DNA of 64,000 bases from Candidatus Firestoneibacteriota bacterium (GTDB lineage: Bacteria > Oederibacteriota > D2-FULL-39-29): assembly GCA_903928075.1 (NCBI GenBank), contig CAIYPD010000076.1, positions 10,292-74,291 on the forward strand, written 5' to 3'. The notes beneath the pieces are model-generated. The model was not told where the DNA came from. It did no database searches and saw nothing but the letters and a program-made list of their open reading frames with translations. Position 1 is the first letter of the stretch, and each line of letters opens with the position of its first letter. A program made the position numbers and the translations under genes. This document shows positions 57,454-64,000 of the stretch, one piece after another.

Positions 57454-58706
57454 TGTTCTTCTGCCATTTCGCAGATCCTTTTAGAGAGTTCCCACAATCT
57501 CTCCGGGTGATAACTTACCGTGGAGATATCTTTTATTATAAACTCTATGTGACATTTTTTATCTGCCCGTTCAAGCACTTCCCTGACTTCTTTTACGGCG
57601 GTTTCTATGTTCCAGGTATCCCCGGCAAGAGTTGCAGGATTTATCTTATAACTTATCACATAATCCCCGCCAATATTTTGTAGAGCCCTTTCTTTGTTAG
57701 CCCAGGGACTGACCGAGATTTTTCTGAGATTTGGGATTCTTTTTAAAATATCAATTTTCCTGTCAAGCGGCTCGCAGCAGCCGTAATAGTTCCTTCCCCA
57801 CTTCTGCAGCCAGGGTATATCATGCTTGAGAGCAAATTCCCAGTGCATCTCCGGCGATACCTCAGAAAATATCTGGGCATTTGAACAGCCCCACATATTA
57901 TGAGGACGGACACAATTCGGATCATAATTTTCCCCGGGCAGCTCTTCCGTATAACCATAGCCTCCGGAACCCGTTCTACGGGCATTCCCCAAAGAAAGAA
58001 GATTAAGTTTTTCATACTGCTCAAGTTCCGCCATGCAGGACTCCGCCACCCTGGCGACTGCGGCATTGACAAAATCAGGCCGGTCGAGCATATCAATCAT
58101 CGCTTCCTGAATTCCGTACCAGCGCACCAAAAAATCCCAGGGCGTATACCAGATATGCTGTACTCCGGTTTTTTTTACCGGCAAGATATCTTTGTAAACT
58201 TCGCACATGACCTTGTAGTTTTTATCTGTCTGTTCCTTATCATAAGTCACAACCGGAAGTTTTATTTTTTTCAGGTCCTCGTCCTTTGCAATCTGTACTT
58301 TGAAATGCCGGGAAACAACACTGCTTTCTTTGTCGGTTTCAACAACATCAACATTTTCCTCTATGCCAAAACCCGTACTATGAACAACCAGCGGACAAGT
58401 TAAATATTCATTCACCGTCATATCTGCGGGCATATGCTGCCAGGTGTATAAGGTCAGGCGCAAATCAAGCTCCTGCTTTCTGGCCCAGGGGTCCATGCTT
58501 TGAAGCGTTAATTCATTATTTACATTCATCTCATGCCACGGAACTTCACTTATGAGCACCATAGGCCGCTCGGACTTAAGGTCATTTACCTTTGACCAGA
58601 GCCGTGCTTTTTCCTTCTGGACGGGAAGTTTAGCTATAGCCGCAAGCTTTTCTGCCAGACCACGGAGTACTTGAAGATCCTTTTCGGGAATTTTCAGGGA
58701 TTCCAT
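57450..58706 (-). CDS. paralog family 'c' protein (copy 3 of 3)
   Basis: KLPVQKEKARLWSKVNDLKSERPMVLISEVPWHEMN ... YGCCEPLDRKIDILKRIPNLRKISVSPWAN ... HIEFIIKDISTV. SD AAAGGAG. Confidence 0.6.
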   Translation of the reverse strand: MESLKIPEKDLQVLRGLAEKLAAIAKLPVQKEKARLWSKVNDLKSERPMVLISEVPWHEMNVNNELTLQSMDPWARKQELDLRLTLYTWQHMPADMTVNEYLTCPLVVHSTGFGIEENVDVVETDKESSVVSRHFKVQIAKDEDLKKIKLPVVTYDKEQTDKNYKVMCEVYKDILPVKKTGVQHIWYTPWDFLVRWYGIQEAMIDMLDRPDFVNAAVARVAESCMAELEQYEKLNLLSLGNARRTGSGGYGYTEELPGENYDPNCVRPHNMWGCSNAQIFSEVSPEMHWEFALKHDIPWLQKWGRNYYGCCEPLDRKIDILKRIPNLRKISVSPWANKERALQNIGGDYVISYKINPATLAGDTWNIETAVKEVREVLERADKKCHIEFIIKDISTVSYHPERLWELSKRICEMAEEQ

Positions 58707-58787
58707 TAAAACACTCCTTTGTTTTTAATACAAGCCCGGGGGCTTATTAATGCTTCCAAAACAACTTGACCGGAAGGAAATAATTAT

Positions 58788-60284
58788 CTATTCGGTCAGG
58801 GTAATTCTCCATTCTCTGGTGCTGTCATTCATCGTAAACCTTACACGGTAGTCCCCTTTAAGCGCCTTGCCGGATTTATCCGTTCCGTTCCACTTCATAT
58901 AGAACATGTCATCGGCTCTCTTGGCGTCAAGACTGCCTATTTCAAACAAAGAGGTATTTCCGTCTTTGCTGAATAGAGTTAACTTGACCGTACCTTTGGC
59001 CCTTACCTGACAGCCAATCTTAATCTCTTCGCTTTTACCCGCAGAAATATGCGAAGGAATACAAACCGCCATACTAATATCCCTGCTCGGAAAGACCGGA
59101 ATATCCGGAAGTACGACTTGGCCTATAACATTCCTTCTCTTGAAAGACGGGGGTTCTTTGCAGGTAACATTTTTAAAATAGGCCGCCTCCACTTCATTAT
59201 TATTGCCTTTCTTTATCACGGCCGCATAAATTTCTCTTATCGTCGGGTCAAACTCCGCCAGGGACGGCCATAAAGCTCCGGCATCGCCGTCCGAGCCTGT
59301 AGGCGTCCCATTTGAACTTTTAAAATGTATATCGGTCAGGGATTTATTCCACATCCAGAGATTTGAATTAATTATCTTCTTCATATCCTCTTCACTGAAA
59401 ATCAGACCCGCATGATAGGCTTCGACAAAAGTAGCGCTTTCGAGTGCCTGATAGCCCCCTCTATAGGAGTGCACATCCACCCAGGACTGTGTTTTCGCCC
59501 CCTTCCAGTCGAAAGGCGCAAGCGGTTCCCAGAAATTCCAGAAATACCGGTCTTCGTCCTTGTGGTATCTCATTATGGACTTGTAATGACTGAATATTTT
59601 TTCCGCCCGTTCCTTAAACATTGTTTCGCCCGTTATCCGGTAAAGTTTGATAAAGCAGACGGCCATCTTGGCGTGCTTGTTCAGGTTCTCGCTCCATTTT
59701 TTACCAGCCAGAGACCTGAGCTGGTTTGTTTTCCTGTCAATGATAATGCCGGTATTCAAATAGGAAGCAAACATCCCGTCTTCATAGTAGCCGCCTCTTT
59801 TATCCCATTTTTCTATCAAAGTTTTTCTGGCCAGAAGAATGTATTTTTCTGCTTTCGCGCCAAGGGGAGAACTCTTTAGCGCCGGGTCTTTCATAACTAT
59901 TTCGGAAAAAGCCAGCATGGGATCAATTAGATTTGCGTCTCCGACAACTACTGAACCTATTTCCGGTTCCAACCCGAAGTAGGGGCCGACCCAGCCCATA
60001 TACCCATCCGGTTCTTTATCCATTTTTGATATTAAAAAATCATAATAAATCGCAGCCTCTTCCAGCCAGGTTTTATCTTTTCCGTAAGCGTAGTAGCCCT
60101 GAATAAAGCCGGCAACCGAAAACTGGGCGTACCAGGAAAACATCTCCCCTTTGCTTGTTTGAATATCCTTTTTTGCCATAATACCTTCACGAAAACTTTT
60201 GGCGGTCAAACAATAGGCATTATTTGCAAGACCTAAAATAACGGCTAGAACTGCCGTCAAAACTACGGCATACTTCTTAATCAT
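58788..60284 (-). CDS. secreted hypothetical protein, possibly (alpha/alpha)6-barrel glycosidase/lyase-like with a C-terminal beta-sandwich domain
   Basis: Signal peptide MIKKYAVVLTAVLAVILGLANNAYC. Helix-rich middle. Beta-rich C-terminal 100 aa. No family motif recognised. Confidence 0.4.
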   Translation of the reverse strand: MIKKYAVVLTAVLAVILGLANNAYCLTAKSFREGIMAKKDIQTSKGEMFSWYAQFSVAGFIQGYYAYGKDKTWLEEAAIYYDFLISKMDKEPDGYMGWVGPYFGLEPEIGSVVVGDANLIDPMLAFSEIVMKDPALKSSPLGAKAEKYILLARKTLIEKWDKRGGYYEDGMFASYLNTGIIIDRKTNQLRSLAGKKWSENLNKHAKMAVCFIKLYRITGETMFKERAEKIFSHYKSIMRYHKDEDRYFWNFWEPLAPFDWKGAKTQSWVDVHSYRGGYQALESATFVEAYHAGLIFSEEDMKKIINSNLWMWNKSLTDIHFKSSNGTPTGSDGDAGALWPSLAEFDPTIREIYAAVIKKGNNNEVEAAYFKNVTCKEPPSFKRRNVIGQVVLPDIPVFPSRDISMAVCIPSHISAGKSEEIKIGCQVRAKGTVKLTLFSKDGNTSLFEIGSLDAKRADDMFYMKWNGTDKSGKALKGDYRVRFTMNDSTREWRITLTE

Positions 60285-60363
60285 ATTTACTCCTCTTTTC
60301 GCAATATTTTTTTATTATCTATTTTTCAATTTTGTGGTTATTTGAAATTTGCAGTAATATTCT

Positions 60364-61365
60364 TTATTTGCCGCTGTCTTTTATGGCTCTTTTCATTGCC
60401 AGAAGATTTTCTTTCGGAGTGTTGACCGTAATTTCACAACCGCCCGATAAAATAAAAGGCCGCCCCTCTTCTTTTTTTATTAATTCTTTTGTTATCTTAT
60501 AAACCTCTCCGGCAGAAAGGCGCTCTATTACGCTTACCGGATCAATATTGCCGCAGCGAATGATTTTCTCTCCAAAAACAGCGTAGAGTTCATCCATCTC
60601 AACCATCCAGTCTACATCAACAATGTCGGGTTTTAAACTCTTCAAATCCGGGACCAGATGCTTAATGTTTCCGCAAATATGAAGTTTTACCTTAGCCCCG
60701 AGGGTGTGAATATAATCTATTAATTCCTTATGCCTGTTAAAAATAAATTTCCGGTACATCTCTGCGGATATCTGCGAGCAAATTGCGTCCCCGACGCCGA
60801 TAATATTAGCCCCATTTTCGACCTGGGCTTTTGCAAAAGCTTTTCCGGTTATCAGACATTTATCCAGCAGTATTTTTGTGAGCTCTTCGTCGGTTGCAAG
60901 GAGCATAAGCATCTCGGTGACACCCATAAGATCGCAGGCCTCGGCCAGAGGTCCTTCCACCCAGCCGATTACATCTACTTCCGGTTTTACGAGCTTCCTG
61001 TAATACTCTACGCCTTTTATTCTATTTAAAGTTCTTTCACAGTTATAGACTTCCGGGGTTTTTAGCGTTTTTATATCTTCCCCGCTTCTCACTACTTTTT
61101 CGACACAATGCGGTACGCCTTCCGTTTCATAAATCATCTTTGCGCCAAAAGCAGAAGTCTCGCAGTAAGGGTCAGAAATAACAGAAACTGCATCGGTTTC
61201 AAAATATTCATGACACTTCATATTAGTTTCCACCAAAACGCGGTAATCTGAAGCAAATTCTCCGTAGGTCTTTTTTGAAAATCTTGCGGCAAAATGCATG
61301 AGAATGGGATGAAATAAGGTGCGTTTTGTATCAATACTTTTTGGCTTTTCCACCATTGAATGCAT
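60364..61365 (-). CDS. MtaA/CmuA-like methyltransferase (URO-D family, subfamily a), second copy
   Basis: 333 aa. LHICGN. GVGDAICSQISAEMY. SGGCEI C-terminus. Paralog of 56449-57453. Confidence 0.75.
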   Translation of the reverse strand: MHSMVEKPKSIDTKRTLFHPILMHFAARFSKKTYGEFASDYRVLVETNMKCHEYFETDAVSVISDPYCETSAFGAKMIYETEGVPHCVEKVVRSGEDIKTLKTPEVYNCERTLNRIKGVEYYRKLVKPEVDVIGWVEGPLAEACDLMGVTEMLMLLATDEELTKILLDKCLITGKAFAKAQVENGANIIGVGDAICSQISAEMYRKFIFNRHKELIDYIHTLGAKVKLHICGNIKHLVPDLKSLKPDIVDVDWMVEMDELYAVFGEKIIRCGNIDPVSVIERLSAGEVYKITKELIKKEEGRPFILSGGCEITVNTPKENLLAMKRAIKDSGK

Positions 61366-61521
61366 TCTTCCTTTACTTTAACGAATATTTAAGCAAGAAG
61401 TATTGTAATCTATACAACGCATATTTTCAAGTTTAATCTAAATTTTACCCCCATTGTATATCTATTCAAAAAAATAAACGGCTTTCAGGCTTGATTTCAT
61501 TGAAAAAACGGGAAACTGGGC

Positions 61522-63096
61522 TTAGCTTCTTGAAATTGATTTTTCTACGGCTTTAATCCCGTCGGCTGCTGAGCTGGTAATACCGCCTGTATAGCCGGCG
61601 CCTTCGCCTATGGGGTAGAGGTTTTTAATGTTTTCGGATTCAAAGTCCCCGTTACGGAAAATCCTTACCGCGCAGGAAGTCCTTGTTTCGGGAGCCATCA
61701 AAATGCCGTGCTTTGAAACAAAGAGAGGATACTCTTTTTCCCACTCTTTAAATCCGGCTAAAAGGGTTTCAGCGACGAAATCAGGAAGAATTTCTTTAAG
61801 AGCTACTGATTTTACTCCTATCTTACAGGAGTTTTTATTTAAGACACTTGAAGTTTTTCCGGCTAAAAAATCCAAAAGATTCTGGGCGGGGACCTGAAAA
61901 CCCGCCGTTCCGGAATTATAGGCTTTTTTTTCTATTTCCTTCTGAAACTCCATACCGGCTAGAGGAGCTGTTGAAGGATAATCCTCCGGCAGGCAGGTAA
62001 TAATGAAAGCGGTATTTGAATAGGCGGAGGCCCTCTTTGAATAACTCATGCCGTTTATTACCAGAAAACCCTCTTCCGAGGAAGCGTTCACCACCTCCCC
62101 GCCCGGACACATACAGAAGGTATTCAACCTTCTTTTTGTTTTCTCATCGTTATAATTAAAGGAATATCTTGCCGCGCCCAGAATGCTTAAATTTTTATAC
62201 TTTTCTCCGTAGGCCATCTGATTAATTATCTCTACAGGATGCTCTACCCTTATGCCTACGGCTATCGGCTTTTGCTCCAGCTTTACTTTCTTTTCATTTA
62301 AAAGCAGGAAAGTATCCCGCGCCGAATGGCCTATCGCCAGATAAACGCTTTTTGAAAGATATTCCTTTTTAGCGTTAATTACGACACCCCGGACCGCGCC
62401 GTCAGAGATTAAAAGGTCCGTCATTTTTGAATTGAAAATAACTTCCCCTCCGTTTTCAATAATATAATTTCTAATATTTTTAACAATCCGGCAAAGCACA
62501 TCGGTCCCCAGATGCGGCCTGCCCTCATAGCCTATTTCGGCCGGCGCGCCGAATCTTATTAAAGTATTCAGGACCTTTTCGATGTAGACCGAATTTTTTA
62601 TACGGGCAAATAGTTTACCGTCAGAATAAGACCCTGCACCGCCTTCGCCGAACTGTATATTGGACTCCGGATTTAAAACTTTATCTTTTATAAAACTTAT
62701 AATATCTGCAGACCTCTCTTCTATATTCTTTCCTCTTTCAAAGACTACCGGCTTATACCCGTATTCAAGAAGTTCCAGCGCCGCGAACATGCCGGCGGGG
62801 CCAAAGCCTACAACAAGCGGTCTTTCCTCTGATTTTTTTTGGATGTTTTTAATAGGTATTTTTTCTACATATTCGGGGAAGTCAGTTTTATTGACAAAAG
62901 GAGGGAAAACCGCGACGACAATTGAAATTTCATAGTAGAACTGTTCTTTATCCTTTGTATTGAGCGCTTTGTGAAGTATCTTAACCAAAGTCAACTTTTC
63001 TACGCCTGCATCTAATTTTTGGGCCGCAAGCCTCAGGTATTCAAAAACCGAGTCTTTTTCAACTGGTATTAGCAGGCCGCTAATAATTAATTGCAA
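61522..63096 (-). CDS. FAD-dependent oxidoreductase (COG2509-like 'NAD(FAD)-utilising dehydrogenase')
   Basis: GXGXXG VVGFGPAGMFAALEL. C-terminal YPIGEGAGYTGGITSSAADG. Confidence 0.7.
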   Translation of the reverse strand: MQLIISGLLIPVEKDSVFEYLRLAAQKLDAGVEKLTLVKILHKALNTKDKEQFYYEISIVVAVFPPFVNKTDFPEYVEKIPIKNIQKKSEERPLVVGFGPAGMFAALELLEYGYKPVVFERGKNIEERSADIISFIKDKVLNPESNIQFGEGGAGSYSDGKLFARIKNSVYIEKVLNTLIRFGAPAEIGYEGRPHLGTDVLCRIVKNIRNYIIENGGEVIFNSKMTDLLISDGAVRGVVINAKKEYLSKSVYLAIGHSARDTFLLLNEKKVKLEQKPIAVGIRVEHPVEIINQMAYGEKYKNLSILGAARYSFNYNDEKTKRRLNTFCMCPGGEVVNASSEEGFLVINGMSYSKRASAYSNTAFIITCLPEDYPSTAPLAGMEFQKEIEKKAYNSGTAGFQVPAQNLLDFLAGKTSSVLNKNSCKIGVKSVALKEILPDFVAETLLAGFKEWEKEYPLFVSKHGILMAPETRTSCAVRIFRNGDFESENIKNLYPIGEGAGYTGGITSSAADGIKAVEKSISRS

Positions 63097-63159
63097 CTAC
63101 TACCATCCTTAATTTTGATTTATCTTGCGACCCCGCCGACTGACCGGGGGAATTTGTAT

Positions 63160-64000
63160 TTAAGATCTTTTTTCCCTGGCTACAAACTCTTTATTAAACT
63201 CACCGATATAAACATCTCGTGGCCGGAAAATTCTATTTTCAGCCCGGTATTCAAGAATTCTGGCCAGCCAGCCGGAGACCCTGGCTGCGGCAAAGATAGT
63301 TGTAAAAAAATTAGTTTCAAAGCCCAGGTGATTGTAGATAATCCCTGAATAAAAATCTACATTGGGGTAAATCCCTTTGGAACCGTACTTGGCTACCACT
63401 TCTTTGTCCAGGACTTCCGCTATCTTAAACATCTCTACTTCATCATTTAATTTGGACGCATATTTTTTCAGTAACGCCGCGCGCGGGTCGTAGGTTTTAT
63501 AGATTCTGTGGCCAAAGCCCATTATCTTTTCTTTTTTTGCAACTTTCTCTGCGACAAACTCCTTTACATGCTCAACACTTTTTATTTTTAGAAACTCTTT
63601 TAAAACAATCTCATTTGCTCCGCCGTGCAAGGGGCCTTTAAGTGACCCGATGGCGCCGACTATGGAAGAATAAAGATCAGAAAGTGAGGCGCTGGTCGCT
63701 ACCGCCGTCAGCGTGGAAGCATTCATTCCGTGGTCAGCGTGAAGAATCATAGATATTTCAAGAAGCTTAGCATCCAAAGCTGAAGGTTTTTTGCCGTGGA
63801 GCATATAGAGAAAATTTTCAACATGCTTTAGGTTCATATCCGGCTCAACAGGTTTAAGTCCCAGGCGGAGCCGGTGAAGAGCCGCAATAACCGTCGGCAT
63901 ACTGGCTATTAAATGTATTCCCATTCTTAATTCATTTTCCCGAGAGGTATCCATAACATTCTTTTGTAGAACGCCTAATACCGAAACAGCAGTTCGAAGT
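63160..64000 (-). CDS. gltA: citrate synthase, C-terminal about 280 codons; gene continues beyond the window end
   Basis: GFGHRIYKTYDPRA active-site motif. The frame stays open upstream of the ORF-track M through position 64000. Confidence 0.85.
   Translation of the reverse strand, partial: LRTAVSVLGVLQKNVMDTSRENELRMGIHLIASMPTVIAALHRLRLGLKPVEPDMNLKHVENFLYMLHGKKPSALDAKLLEISMILHADHGMNASTLTAVATSASLSDLYSSIVGAIGSLKGPLHGGANEIVLKEFLKIKSVEHVKEFVAEKVAKKEKIMGFGHRIYKTYDPRAALLKKYASKLNDEVEMFKIAEVLDKEVVAKYGSKGIYPNVDFYSGIIYNHLGFETNFFTTIFAAARVSGWLARILEYRAENRIFRPRDVYIGEFNKEFVAREKRS

Noticed and set aside
56449-61365. URO-D-family genes considered as true haem-biosynthesis hemE
   Set aside because: There are five to eight paralogs with MtaA-type (LHICGN) or divergent cores. 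They lie next to glycan enzymes, not haem-synthesis genes. This is inconsistent with a single housekeeping hemE.

Overview
This is a 64-kb chromosomal segment from a moderately AT-rich bacterium, probably an anaerobe (Cys-type sulfatases with a radical-SAM maturase, Fe-S aldo/keto reductase, LarE-like protein). About 90% of genes lie on the minus strand. Housekeeping genes (pnp, rpsO, guaB, purB, uvrC, CCA-adding enzyme, copA, pfkA, pilT, nth, mfd, the 3' end of a citrate synthase, lemA-TPM-htpX) are interspersed with two carbohydrate-degradation islands. Island 1 (about 12.1-21.5 kb) holds a TIM-barrel glycoside-hydrolase-like protein, two Cys-type sulfatases and an anaerobic sulfatase-maturating enzyme. 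Island 2 (about 50.3-61.4 kb) holds a GH29 alpha-L-fucosidase, an aldo/keto reductase, a Zn-dependent dehydrogenase and a secreted alpha/alpha-barrel-like protein. Most of the enzymes read through lack signal peptides. The most unusual content is a set of eight paralogous uroporphyrinogen-decarboxylase (URO-D)/MtaA-superfamily proteins in three subfamilies, three of them arranged as repeated two-gene modules with an uncharacterised ~415-aa paralog family. These sit directly among the sulfatase/fucosidase genes, and no corrinoid protein is visible in the window. I interpret this as a candidate undescribed sugar-modifying system, possibly O-demethylation of methylated fucose/galactose in sulfated algal glycans. 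Non-coding space is unusually structured. There is a dispersed family of tandem 10-bp repeat arrays (CTTTACAGAC)n, two of which flank a four-helix-bundle (Avd/IVS-like) gene in inverted orientation. Paired CACAGAT direct repeats precede two adjacent RCK-domain K+ transport genes. A ~95-bp conserved leader with a hairpin and a short upstream ORF precedes two URO-D-like genes. REP/MITE-like palindromic units fill two long spacers. No rRNA, tRNA, CRISPR array or recognisable transposase/integrase was found by eye.
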